A stretch of 124,000 nt of DNA from Wallemia ichthyophaga EXF-994 (lineage: Eukaryota > Fungi > Basidiomycota). Within the stretch, counting starts at the first letter, position 1. The number at the start of each line of letters is the position of its first letter. This document shows positions 102,022 to 114,864 of this stretch, piece after piece. The position numbers and the translations under genes were made by a program. The stretch is taken from contig NW_008806282.1 of assembly GCF_000400465.1 (NCBI RefSeq), positions 20,001 to 144,000 of the forward strand, in the 5' to 3' direction. The notes below the pieces were generated by a model that did not search any database, was not told the DNA's origin, and saw only the letters and a program-made list of their open reading frames with translations.

Positions 102022-102771
102022 TTAGATGGCGTTCTTGAAGAACGTCGTAAGGCGCTCGTAAGCTTCGACGTACACCTTCTTAGCCTCCTCATCCTGGAGG
102101 TTACATCTAGCAGCAGCAAAGCCGTGAATTGCCTTCTCAGTGTTAAAGTGATGGTACGCATTTTTCTCCTTAAATTCGTTTGACGAGAGGATATCAATAA
102201 CCTTCTTCACTTCACTTCCATCCTCGTCTTTTGATGGGAAGAATCCAATTGGTGTTTTCACCTTCTCCACCACGCCAGCATCCAGCATGGCTGGGTGGAG
102301 AACAGCAACAGCGTCAAACAGCTTAGCATCTTGTGTAGCTGCGTTGAGTGCGATGGCTGCACCCCAGCAGAAGCCAACAAGACCAACCTTGTCATGTTTA
102401 GCACGCAACTCACCGCTAATGTTGATCAACTCAGGGATACGTGCTGGTGGTGCAGCCACAGTGGAAAAGAATTTGCCGAGCTCAGACTGATCGGCTTCAT
102501 TTCCCGGAGGAAACTTCTCTAAAGGGAAAGGTTTACCGCGGAAGAAGTCAGGAAGAACAACTCGATATCCCTTGTCTGCTAATATATCTGCACCTTGCAG
102601 CGTCTGATTAAAGTAGCCAAAGATATCGTATATTCCAACTAGCACAGTCTTTGAGTCTGCTGGACCGGTAACGTAGGCCTTGTTGAAGTAGCCAACCTTC
102701 TCGTATTGGCCTTTTGGTTGGTAGTTTGTTTGATCGATTACGGGTGGGATTGAACAGCAAGCAGCAGACAT
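102022..102771 (-). CDS. Dienelactone hydrolase family protein
   Basis: MSAACCSIPP, YDIFG, PDFF, nucleophile GFCWG, HGFAAAR. Confidence 0.9.
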   Translation of the reverse strand: MSAACCSIPPVIDQTNYQPKGQYEKVGYFNKAYVTGPADSKTVLVGIYDIFGYFNQTLQGADILADKGYRVVLPDFFRGKPFPLEKFPPGNEADQSELGKFFSTVAAPPARIPELINISGELRAKHDKVGLVGFCWGAAIALNAATQDAKLFDAVAVLHPAMLDAGVVEKVKTPIGFFPSKDEDGSEVKKVIDILSSNEFKEKNAYHHFNTEKAIHGFAAARCNLQDEEAKKVYVEAYERLTTFFKNAI

Positions 102772-103040
102772 CTTGGTGGTGTGGGATGAAGGATGTGGAT
102801 AAGACTGAGTGATGTCATATTAGATTTGAAGCAGCGGCTGTTTCTTTTCAGTTGCTGATATTCGATTTTTGCTCATCTAGATTTCATTTCATGACAATTT
102901 TGGGATTAGTCCTTGCTGCCCTGTAAAACTCAGTTGAGGAATGACCTTTAAACATTCCTGAATATCGCGAATGCCGCAAATTCCGTAAGGCTAATGCTTT
103001 TCATCTGGTTAATCCTTAGACTTGTATAAACCCGAAACAA

Positions 103041-105261
103041 ATGTCAATTGCAGCTGCGAGATTACCACTGGATTTAGAGCTCCCCAGTGAGAAAATTCAT
103101 ACAACACACATCACAGAAAAGTCGCAGAAGCTGCAGAAGCACGACAGTGCATCTACACTCAGCCTCCCTCTCCACGACTCTGTTGAAGTTCAAGAAAATG
103201 TTGAGACAATCCAAGTAGAAGCCGATACTAACCACATGAACAGGCTCACTGTCGACATTGACGCGACTAGGAACGTTTCAGCATCTCCCTCAGGCACATA
103301 CAATGAGAATAAACGCTCATTTGCACCCAGCCCTGCGAGCGAACAGAACAACGTCGAGGAAGTTGGTCTGTTTCAGAAGTCTTACTATCCTAACTTTATA
103401 CATGCATTGAGAGACTCAAAGTCTACTAGCAGCGGCAGGACTATTATTCTTTGCCTGGATGGTACTGGGGACCAGTTTGATGGCGATAACTCTAACGTCG
103501 TGCGTTTTTTCAGATGCTTGAAGAAGGATGAGCCATCGAAGCAATTAGTCTATTACCAGGCTGGATTGGGTACTTATGTACGCGTTCATAGGCTTCTAGT
103601 CAAGACATTACTGACTCATGTCACAGACCACTACGCGCTCTGCGAACCCAATCACTACCAGGTTGTCAGCAATTGGTGATGTGACTATTGGTGAGTTCTG
103701 TTTTGCCAAGTTGGGTTACTGCTCACACTCAACCAGGCTCCGGGCTCGGTCATCACATTGTAAGACACTCAAATTACGTAAAAAAGAGCGCTAACAGCGA
103801 AATAGCGCGACGCCTATGCATTTTTAATGGAGAATTATACCAAAGGCGACAAGATATGCATGGTCGGTTTCTCTCGTGGTGCGTACTCAGCTCGTGGTTT
103901 AGCCGGAATGCTTCAGAAGGTGGGATTGGTGTTTTACTCCGAATGAGCTGACTTCTTGACAAAGGTTGGACTCCTTCCCAAGGGAAATAGAGAGCAGGTG
104001 GGATTTGATTGATTGATTGATTGATTGGTTGGTTGATTGGTATTAGGTGGGATTTGCATACCACATGTTCAAAGACAACTCAGATGAAGGCTGGAAGATG
104101 AGTCAGCTCTTCAAAGAGACCTTCTCAATCAAAGTGAATATCCACTGGATAGGCGCATGGGACTCAGTGTCGTCTATCGGGTTCATTCCGCGTGATCTAC
104201 CCTTCCACAAATCGAACAATGCCGTGAAAAATTTTACGCATGCAGTAGCACTCGATGAGCACCGCGCCAAATTTAAGGCAGGTCACTGGACGCGCTCTGA
104301 TGAAATGGAGGTACGCATAGGTCCATGGCAGCGTCGAAAGGAGGAATTGAAACCTAAATTCGGAGACATAAACGAGATCGAGGAGGACGATGTTATACAG
104401 GAGCAGAAAGACACAGAAGAAGATCCCAAAAGGGCGGTAGAGAAGAAGCGCGCTAAAGTGATGAAAAACATCAAGGAAATACGTAAACGTACACAGAAAT
104501 CTAGTGGTGAGGATGATACCAGTGTAGATGCATTCAATCCGGAGATTCAGGCGCAATTTGAGATGCTGTTCGAGCTTCAGGATAAGGAAGATCTCAGCGA
104601 GACTAAAGTAAAAGAGGTGTTTTTTACAGGTTGCCATGCAGATGTTGGGGGAGGGTAAATAAAACTGGACGCATCATGGTAACTTTTCCACTAACGTCAT
104701 GATAGGGCCGTTGCCAACCATACTAGACATTCTTTGGCTCGTATACCACTCAGGTTCATGCTAAGACAAGCCTTCAAGGCTGACACAGGGCTCTTGTTTT
104801 CGACAGATCTTCTCGACTATTACGGCCTCGACCTCAACACATTGTACCCATACGTCACTCGCCGCCCTCCGGCGGCTGAGGGGGCTCCAGAAGGCTTTCC
104901 GGAGCTTCCTCAACAAGATAACCCCCGCAGAGTGTTTCCAGAAGCTGTCGAAGATTACTACGATGCGTGAGTGCTTTTAGTTAGCTTGGATGATGCTAAA
105001 AGTCTCAGGCTATGCCCTTATCATGATTACCTCAATTTGTCAAAAGGCTGGTGGGTCCTCGAGCTTTGGCCGCTAAGAGAGATCTACCAAGATGGTCACG
105101 GCAAGTATAGAAAGCGTCTTGCGCCAAACCTTGGCCATCACCGCGCCATAAGAGGTACTAACAACAAGTTCCACCGCTCAGTGGCTATTCGCCAGAAACA
105201 GATTGGATATGATATTAAAGCGCGCATGGTTGACTCGCCTACTGCTCACTGGGTAGGCTGA
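103041..105261 (+). CDS. DUF2235 (Tle1-like alpha/beta-hydrolase) protein
   Basis: ILCLDGTGDQF..NSNVV, YYQAGLGTY, GFSRGAYSAR, GAWDSVSSIG, HAVALDEHRAKF, EVFFTGCHADVGGG, LARIPLRFM. Confidence 0.88.
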
Positions 105262-106563
105262 GACGCGCTTTAGTCACACCGAACCATATCACCACGCTCA
105301 TTCACTTAATTGTTCTCACGCTTCGCTCAAATATTTGCAAACACGTACGCAACGAATACAATGTTAATACACTCCTTAAATCCTAGTACACTTATTACAT
105401 TACTTTATTTGAAAATCCAATTCTTTTGCTCCTAATGCTCCTGCCATACATGAATATTCACTTATTAACTTGCTTAGCATAGCCTGGGCTTCTCGAAAAT
105501 TCAATTCTACCGGTAATGCAACATCTATTGCGTGACGTTGACGTCATCCTAGATAGCTACAGAAATGGGATTTGCTGAGATTTTGAACGTATATCCAGGC
105601 TCCTCAAATGATATTTATTACTGATATACGTCTTCAGGTTGTCACACAACTCACAATAATATCAACTGCTTCCGGTTTTGGATTGCCAGGTCATGCGAAG
105701 GTACCAACTGATAAAAGTGGATAGAGCATCCAATTATTATTTAATGATTCTTTGAAACCCGCTTGTGTAGCTTATGTGGGGCCGATAAGTGAGATTGTCT
105801 GCAGGCAATCATGAGTCATTCTGCCACTTGCAGATGACTCAGAGAAGGATGTCTGGATGTCTATTGGAGGATGTTCTGGAGCACGAATCACATCAAAACC
105901 ATAGGCTGGCTCATCCGAGTAATCCGTGAATGACAGAAGTTACTATTACCACGGTCATGGCGCAATACTGCAGGATAATCAAGGCAAATGCACTTGTATT
106001 GATGTCTGTTTACATTTAGGAATCCCGCATTGCACCCTTGAGCACGCAATTCATGCGCCATTCACACCATAGGTTTATCCAGGATTTTCAAATGCGGCAT
106101 TTCAGGCCAAAAAAACGTATAGGCATAGGTTTTAGATGGCGAATTATCCACGTAATTAGCAAACTACATTAAGGTTAGCATGCATTTGATTACGGCGATA
106201 ATGGTGAAGATTTTAACCGCATTAGATCAAATTCCAAAAGGAGGATTATAGTGATGATATTCAGGGATTATATATGTAAATAGGCTTATATGAAATAAAA
106301 AGCAATTTTTTAAATGGAAATGGGTGCGATCACATTGTACGGCTCTGAAGACGTGGAGTTGACAGATTGTTCACAACTTCCATCATCAGCGCACCGGGCA
106401 AAGCACTGTTAATTTACAAAGCTCAAAATTCAGCAAAATATTCAAATTGATCAAATTAATTCCTTCCAATTTAGGAATTTTGCGCCGAATCCATTAGCGT
106501 ATCCAACATCACAATACGCAACGACACGAACAACACAGTCAACACAATTAAAATTTCTTAATC

Positions 106564-108082
106564 ATGGGATTTTTCGAGAAGAAAGATGCTTTGGATGTAG
106601 AGTCAGCAGCACATAAGCTTGATTCTGATAGCAACCTCGAATCCTCCATTAAAGAGAAGTCTCTTTCTTGGCAACAAGCAAGTTTTTTACTTTTGCTTGA
106701 ATACATCGTCATCGCATTGCTAGCGCTGCCTTCCTCATGGGCTAGTCTTGGCTATGGTGGTGGTACCATTGCAACCATCATCCTTGGTCTCACTGCCGGA
106801 TATACTCAACACGTCTTATGGCGCTTCTGCCTCAAGTTTCCAGAAGTACGCGATATTCTTGACGTGGCTGTTATTCTCGTTGGTGGTGGTGCGTCTTATT
106901 TTTTTATCATCAATTATGAGCTAATGTGACAATATCAGGTAAATGGGGTAAAGTGGCGTGGACGTGCGCATTTATCGGATTAGTACTGAATAACGTTGCT
107001 ATTATGGGATTGCATATTGTCCAATTCAGCCTTAGTATCAACACTCTCTCCGACGGTGCGAGATGCACGCAGGTGTTCGCCGTTTGTGGCACCCTCCTCA
107101 TGCTGCTCATTTCCCTCTTCAGAGAATTGAAGCACATGTCTCTTCTCGGGGCTGTAGCTTCCGGAAGTATGCTCGGCTGCATTATACTCGCAATGATCTT
107201 CTCAGGCGTGCAGGATCTCCCCCCCAACCACTCAGGCGGGCCAATCATCGTCGAGCCGTGGGCCCGAGAGGGAGTCGGTCTTGTAGACGGCAACAACGCT
107301 GTTCTCAACATCCTCTACACCTACGTTGGTCACATTCTCATACCGACCTTCGTGGCTGATATGAAGTGAGTCGTCATCTCGACTATAAGCCTCCCCCTAA
107401 ACACACCCTAGAAATCCAAAAGACTTTGGTAAAGCCATCTACGTCTCTATCACTGCAGAAATTGTCCTCTTCTCACTTGCGGGTGGTATCATATACTCGC
107501 AGGTCGGTGCGGCGGACATGACAAGTCCTGCATACGGATCACTCCAACCTGCCTTTCAAAAGACCATTGCGGCATTTGTGTTACCAACCGTAACCATTGT
107601 CGGCGGTGTATATTGCCTCGTCACTGCGAAGACTGTCTTTTCGAGAGTATTCGCTTTCAACTCGGTACACAGACGGAGTCATACCGTGAAAGGATGGTCT
107701 GCATGGATAGTCATCATTATTCTGCTGTGGATATTAGCTTACATCATCGGACAAGCAATTCCATTCTTCAACGATCTCATTTCGCTAATTAGGTGGGTTT
107801 AATTGCTTTTAGCGGCCTATGAATCACACTTACACTCATCTCAGCTCGCTGTTTGACAGCTGGTTCGGTTTTGTCTTCTGGGGCATTGGATATTTCTTTA
107901 TCTACCGCCGCAAGTCCTTCAGCGGTTGGGGCATCGTGGAGGCGCCACTCAATATTATCATCACTATCGTCGGATTTGTCCTATTGGGCTTGGGCACTTA
108001 TACTTCCGTAGAATCCATTATAGAGAGCTATGACACCGGCAGCATTAAATCACCTTTCTCATGCGTCGATAATGGCTTTTAA
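106564..108082 (+). CDS. Amino acid/auxin permease (AAAP, Mtr-like) transporter
   Basis: LSWQQASFLLLLEY, YTYVGHILIPTFVADMK|NPKDF, IPFFNDLISLISSLFDSWFGF. Confidence 0.88.
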
Positions 108083-108327
108083 GGTGCTTCTAAAAAGCTT
108101 CTCGCGGTTTTGATGACAGATTATACGGAAGATGTTCACTTTTTCTTTACCTTATTACCTTCTTTCTTCTAGGATTTTAGAGACATTTCAACATGCTTAC
108201 GCTTTATGTTTTTACGGATGAATGCTGTCAAAGATATATCTTGTAATTCTACACAAAATAGACATAATATCATATACGGAGTTACATACAATATACAACA
108301 AACGCGAGAGCACCGAAAAAACACTAT

Positions 108328-109872
108328 TCACATAACATATTTGAAATCATAACGTTCATCACCAGTAACGCCATTTCTATCTTGTTCATCTTTTTCCTCC
108401 TGCGTCATGGCTTCCTTGCGTTTGTTCCGTGCTGTGTAGTTGACCCACTGGGCAGCATACAGGACGCATGACATAGCCATCACTGACATACTGACAGCGT
108501 GTCCAATCCTGTTGGTAGTGTAGATTTGGCCTGCAATGATACCACCAATGTTACCAAAACTCTGGTTCATTCCCATTCCAGTTGAGCGCTTAGTTACACC
108601 GCTCGCGTTGGTGTTCCACATTGTTAGATTAAGGCCAACTGTTACGTATATTCCTGTCCCGCAGACAAAGCATGCGAAGTATTGTACACCGACTATATCA
108701 TCAACGCCAAGCAAGATGGCATATCCGGCAACAGTAATAAGAGACGCTGTGATCAGCATCGGTACTCTGTGATTGTAGCGGTCAGCAACCATGGCGCATA
108801 TGACATAAACGATCGCAGCCCAACAATAATTCGCAGCCGAGAGAAGATTGGCATTCACGTAATTGAATCCTAGGTCTTGAATAATTAGCACGAGGAATGT
108901 GGAATATCCAAATAGACAAGTGTCAGCGCCCAGCTGCGCGATGCAAGAGTAGTATACGGCTGGGTCTTTGAGACATTTTTTCACTTCTGTCTTATAATCA
109001 CCCATGAACTGATACTTTGCCCCGTGTGCATACCTCACTTGCATTAGATATTTCTCCCTCTCATTGAGATACCAGGCCGATTGACTATCCTCTGCCAGAA
109101 GGAAGAAGAGCACGATGCCCCAAACGACGGTGAGCAAGCCTTCAAATAGGTAGAGAATCTGCCATCCTTTTAAACCACCACCATTCAATTGTAAAAGTCC
109201 AGAGGAGATAAGGCCACCGAATGCGGAAGAGATGGCTGCTGCGACAAACAACATTGCTGTCCTAAATGCAATCTCGTTTCTTTTGTAAAAAAATGTGATG
109301 TAAATAGCAAGGCAAGGGAAAAGAGCGGCCTCAAAAGCACCTAAAATGAGCCTCAGAGCAACTAGAGTTGCAAAATTTTCCTGAAAACCACTGCCAATGA
109401 CTACAGCGCCCCACAAAATCATTATAGCGCTCATCATATATCTTACCGGAAATCTTTTCATAAGACTTGATAGAGGTGCTTCAAACAGGACGTAGAGTAC
109501 GTAGAACACACTGGTTGCAATGTTAATGCCATTCGAGGGCATGTTGTTCAAGTCTTCTACCATTCCGCCTGAGGCTGCATTTCCAATGTTGCTTCTCTAA
109601 TATGGCGTGAGTGTGAGGTGTCTGAAATAGACAACTACGCACGTCTAAAAAAGATAAGAAGTAGGAGAAGCTAGTAGTAGTCAGATTGTATCTAAAGAAA
109701 TACTCCAAACTCACCCCAAAACAGGACATATGAATAGGTCTAGCTTTCGCACTAGCTTTTTTTCTTCTTTGGGATCAATTTGGACAGTGGAGAGGTCTTC
109801 CTCATGGTCATTGATACGGAAAGACTGGACTGAACCGTTGATTGAATTGTTGTCCTTTTCTTTGTCGTTCAT
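108328..109872 (-). CDS. MFS transporter, anion:cation symporter (Tna1/Dal5-like)
   Basis: RKLDLF..LDRSNIGNA, RLILGAFEAALFP, FYKRNEIAFR, GWQILYLFEG, NASGVTKRS. Confidence 0.9.
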
Positions 109873-109911
109873 TTTGTGTTGAGTGTTTTATTGACAATAT
109901 AAATCACGCGA

Positions 109912-110268
109912 GATAAGGAAGTGATAGTAATATATGACCAATTCTTATCTTATCGCTTAGAAGAATGCTGATAGCTAACTTCTGACTTCTGCTGACTTCT
110001 GCTGACTGCTACAAAGACACGAGTCTTCGACCACCTTCGGCTCTACTCCAAGAATTAATAAAACCAGTCTATTTATATCACCGAGCTGCGTGATCTTGTT
110101 CACTGCAGGTTGAAATTTGACAGCTTTATAGTCAGATGACGTCGTCAATTTCGTCTATTGGTTCTTCCCTGCGGAAAATCCGATTGAGATTAGTCTTATG
110201 AATATTTTCAGCTCACGCTTCCTGCAGTGCCCTCCTGACCCAGTCACACCATCGGCTGGGCAGATAAG
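109912..110268. promoter_or_regulatory. GATA-site-rich divergent promoter between the MFS gene and the oxoprolinase-A gene
   Basis: GATAAG at 109912, CTTATCTTATC at 109944-109954, GATAAG at 110263. Confidence 0.5.
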
Positions 110269-110363
110269 ATTCATCTCGGCTAGAGGTTTCGCTTCAAATA
110301 ACCTCTAAGACCTTGCTATCGACTTCGTTTCGTCATACAACCAAACAACCAACCAATAACGAA

Positions 110364-112799
110364 ATGACAATTCCAGACAGATCAATACGCGTATCCGCAG
110401 ACAGAGGTGGTACTTTCACAGATATTATAGCCAGCTTTCCCAAGAACGGAAAGCACGAGGAGATTGTGGTGAAATTGCGTGAGTTTAGTGGTGGAGGTAC
110501 AAAGACTGCACTAACGAGTACTAGTATCGCAGGACCCCAACAACTACGCAGATGCTCCTACTGAGGGTGTGTAGTACTTGATTTGATCCGAGAAGCCCCC
110601 ACTTAACCCACGCAGGCATCCGCAGAGTGATCGAGATAGCCACCGGCGAATCTATTCCACGTGGCCAGAAGGTTCCATCGAAGAAACTCGATAATATCCG
110701 CCTTTCCACCACTGTAGCGACCAATTCACTTCTCGAGAGGAAAGGGGAAGAGCACGCGCTGCTTATCACGAAAGGATTCAAAGATCTTCTTGAGATCGGC
110801 AACCAGTCACGTCCAAAGATATTTGATTTGTCAATTAAGCGCCCATCGACGCTGTATAATGACGTCATCGAGGTAGATGAGCGCGTCACTCTCGTTGGAT
110901 ACACGCAAGATCCAGAAAGTGGAGAGAATGCGGTGCAGTTCGACGCCAAGGGCCGCATTGCCCGTGGCTACAGAGGCAAGGGTTGGGATGGTCAAGGTGA
111001 CGCAGAAGGTCCTGGCGACGTCGTGATGGGTGTGTCGGGCGAGGCTGTGCGTATACTCAAGCGACCTGATCTCGCTGTTGTGCGCCAGGACTTACAGAGG
111101 CTTTACAAGAAAGGTATACGCTCACTCGCTATTGTGTTCGTGCACTCATACACATACCCCAAACACGAACAGGAGGTGGCTGATTTAGCTCGCAGCATCG
111201 GTTTCACGCATGTGTCTGCCTCCTCCCAGCTCCTGTCTATGATTAAAATGGTGCCAAGGGGGGTGAGCGCAACTGCCGACGCATACCTCACCCCGGTCCT
111301 CTCAGACTACATCAACGGCTTCTTCCATGGCTTCGACGACGCTATCGGAGATGGTAGCGGTGCTGACGGGGGGTGCAAGGTAGAGTTCATGGGCAGCGAC
111401 GGCGGGCTGTTAGATTTGAGGAACTTTTCGGGCCTCAAAGCAATCTTGTCAGGACCTGCAGGTGGAGTAGTCGGTTATGCGCTCACTTCCTGGGACGAAA
111501 AGGCTAGAATACCAGTCATCGGTTTGGATATTGGCGGTACCTCAACCGATGTAAGCAGATTCGCTGGCGCTTACGAGACAGTGTACGAGACCACGACAGC
111601 AGGTGTTTCCATCCAGTCACCGCAGCTTGATATAAACACCGTAGCTGTGAGTTTTATAGCTAAATCCTCGCGCATCTAACAAACAAACACAGGCCGGTGG
111701 TGGATCGTGTCTTACTTTTAGAGACGGGCTGTTCCACGTTGGACCACATTCAGCGGGTGCACACCCCGGTCCAGCCTGCTATAAGAAGGGTGGACCGCTG
111801 GCCGTTACTGATGCGAATCTGTTTCTCGGTCGACTTGTTCCATCGCGCTTCCCGCGCGTGTTCGGACCCAACGAAAACGAGCCAATCGATCCATCGGCAT
111901 CTGCGGCGGCATTTGGGGAGCTAGAGAGGCAGATCAAGGCGGAGACCAACGCAGAGCATGATTTGGACGCTATTGTCTATGGATACCTCAAAATAGCTAA
112001 TGAGACAATGGCGAGACCAATACGCACGCTCACGGAAGCTAAGGGCCATGCGACGTGGTCGCACATTCTCGCAGCTTTCGGGGGTGCTGGTGGTCAGTCA
112101 GCTGCTGAGATAGCCCAGATACTAAAAATCTCGCGCGTTGTTATCCACAAATACTCGTCTATTTTATCAGCATTCGGTTTGTCGCTTGCAAATAGGACTT
112201 TCGAGAAACAACTGCCAAGTTCAAAGCTGTGGAATCAAGACAGCAAGCCTGAATTCACGAAGAGGTTGGATGAGTTGGCGGGAGTTGTCAAGCAGGAGTT
112301 GAATTCACAGGGCTTCGATAACGAGAGAATCACTCTGGAAAGATACCTCAATATGCGCTTCGACGGGAGTGACACAACACTCATGATTACGACAGACTCG
112401 GACGAACACTTCCACGAAGCATTCAAGGAACGCTACATCGACGAATTCGGCTTCCTTCTTGAGTCTGATATTATGGTCGACGATGTTAAGGTGAAGGGGA
112501 TTGGTAAGACTTATGATCAGCTCGGAGAATCTGCGCTGAGCGAGTACTCCAATTTGAAGCGCAGGCCACTCACGAAAAAGGACGCTGACAGTACACAACC
112601 ATCCTACTTTGAAATTCAAGGCAAGGGCCAGAGAGTAGAGACGCCGGTGTATGTGTTGGATAACTTGCAAGTTGGAGACACCATCACAGGACCAGCCATC
112701 GTAATCGACAATACGCAGACTATCGTGGTGTTACCAGATTGGATTGCAACATCTACCACTCAATGTTTGTTTCTTGAGTGCGAGAAGCTGAAACAGTAG
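110364..112799 (+). CDS. 5-oxoprolinase N-terminal (hydantoinase A) half only
   Basis: DRGGTFTD, STTVATNSLLERKG, DGGLL..SGPAGG, DIGGTSTDVSR, AFGGAGGQ, GPAIVIDNTQT; stop at the end of the A domain. Confidence 0.85.
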
Positions 112800-113069
112800 A
112801 GTGGAGTGCATGTAGAAATTAAAAGGATTAGAAATTCAAATGTATCTACGTTTCGAAATTAGAGTATAATAGTAAAGCAAAAAGGTATCAATTGAGTGGT
112901 GTATTCCATTGATAGATCTAAAAAGGGAATAGAAGGTAAGGGTTAGTAGAAATGTTAATTTGGGAGAAAATTCAAGTTATCAATCTAGCTGTGATTGTCC
113001 GGTATTAATGCGTCAGTTATTAGTGAAAAGAAGAATTAAAAAAAGTGGAATTCCTGTAAATCATCCAAA

Positions 113070-114864
113070 CTACTCCAAGCTCGCGTTGTAGTACTGATAG
113101 TTGTTCGGCCCAGGCGTGCGAACCGAATCTTCAACGAGGGGCGGAGGCTGGTAAGCGAACTGACCCTCGCCGTTATCAGTATAGTCTTCGCCGAGCCCGA
113201 GCGCCGACATCCTATCAGCAGACGTGGGCGGACAAGTGAAGCCGAAGCTAGCTACAGTTGGTGTCCTAAAGTCGTCCTCGTAGAATGAATGTGTTGAAGA
113301 GGCTGGTATAGTGTCGAAGGAGGGAAGCGATTGGGTTGTGCGTGGGACGGTGTAATCGAATTCCAAGTTAGACGACTGAGTGTGCTGAATGGGAGCGTAG
113401 GCCATGTCAAAGTGATTAAGGTGACCGATGTGGCCAAAATCGAAAGGAGAAACAGAGCTCATGGTACTGATTGTAGGGAGCGAGCTGCCGTAAATGGTTT
113501 GTGGTTGAGAATACCCAGTGTTGTGTATTTGTTGTTGTTGTTGTTGTTGCTCCTGCTGCTGCTCGAAATAATTCAGCTCCCTGGCAAAAGAATCCTCAGA
113601 ACGGTGTTTGCGCATTGGGCCAGATGAAGGCTCAATAGCTTCTCCAAAAGGTAGCAAGCCGAGATGCTCTGGTGAGCCATATTGGCTGGAGGAAGAGGGG
113701 CGCGACGAGTACTGACTGGCTGAGTCTGAGTTAGTAAGCGAAGACATGTACGAGCAGTCAGACAGAGTGTCTGAGTCTGAAGTCCTTGCGAGGGAACCAC
113801 TATGGGTACTACTATGGAAGCTGCGGTAGGCATCCTTGCCGTCTCTCGAATGTGTGCGGGTATGCACCGCGAGGTTATCAGAGCGGGTAAAAGACTTGAG
113901 ACACACGTCACATCTAAATGGACGCTCTTTGGTATGGGACCGCCTGTGTCTGCGGAGATGTTCATGCCGCTTAAACGCTTTGCCGCATTCGTCACACCGG
114001 AAAGTGCGCTCATCGGGTAGCTCGTTAGTGAGGTGCTCGAGGTGGTTCCAAGGGGGCAGTTTGGAAGGGGTGTCTTTGTGTGCAAGACTGCGCTTCTGTA
114101 AGATCTTTCTCAGAGTCTTTCCCTGCTTGTAGAACTCAGAGCCATTTTTTGTGCCGAGGAGAAAGACGTGAGAGAGGTTGTTGTCGTTGAGCTGTTGGTG
114201 GAGAGAGCAGTCATGGAGCCATTTGAATTTGAAGCTGGGCTCAAAAGTTGCAATTGTAGAGGCCTGTGCGGAAATTAGAAATTGAGGTACGGCGGGAGTA
114301 ATTGAATAGCCAACGCACGGGGTTGCCGGCAGCCTCGCGTTTCAAGTCACGCTCCAAGGCGTCGAGAAAAAGTCTGTCATGCGGCACAGCGTGCCAATTG
114401 AAGAGCTTTTGCTTCTTCTGGGTGCGGATAGCGCCATATCTGAAGAGAAGATCGAGAAGTTCACTGCCATTATCTTGAATGATGCTGTCAATACCAGGTT
114501 TTAAGTTGCGTAGGTCAGAAGAGATGCCCTCGTTGAGTTTTCTGTGGTCACGGATGTGTCTGCCGAGAGAGACAAGTTTAAAGCCGACGATCTTGAATAG
114601 GTCGGATGAGGATATGTAGAGATCGTTTAACCAGCGAATGCAGTGAATGTAATTTGATTCGCTCTCTAGTGGTATTCTGTGTATTAGAGCATGTGGATGG
114701 AGTGGACCTAGATCCAGCTCGTTATTAAACAGAGAAGGAGCCTCAATTAAGAAATTATTTAGAATTTTAATCGAACCAGCGATTTGAACGTCTATTTTAT
114801 CCATGTCTAATGGTTTAACAGGCACCAGGCCAAATTGTGATGATCGTTGAGTTGAAACACCCAT
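113070..114864 (-). CDS. STE12: Ste12-like transcription factor (STE domain + two C2H2 fingers)
   Basis: CIRWLNDLYISSSD, KLNEGISSDLRNLKPG, RTQKKQKLFNWHAVPHDRLFLDALERDLKRE; HLRRHRRSH and CDVCLKSFTRSDNLAVHTRTH; start 114864 or 114804. Confidence 0.92.

Noticed and set aside
104007-104026. (GATT)5 in a DUF2235 intron and (AC)n in a YOS1 intron
   Set aside because: Ordinary intronic microsatellites.
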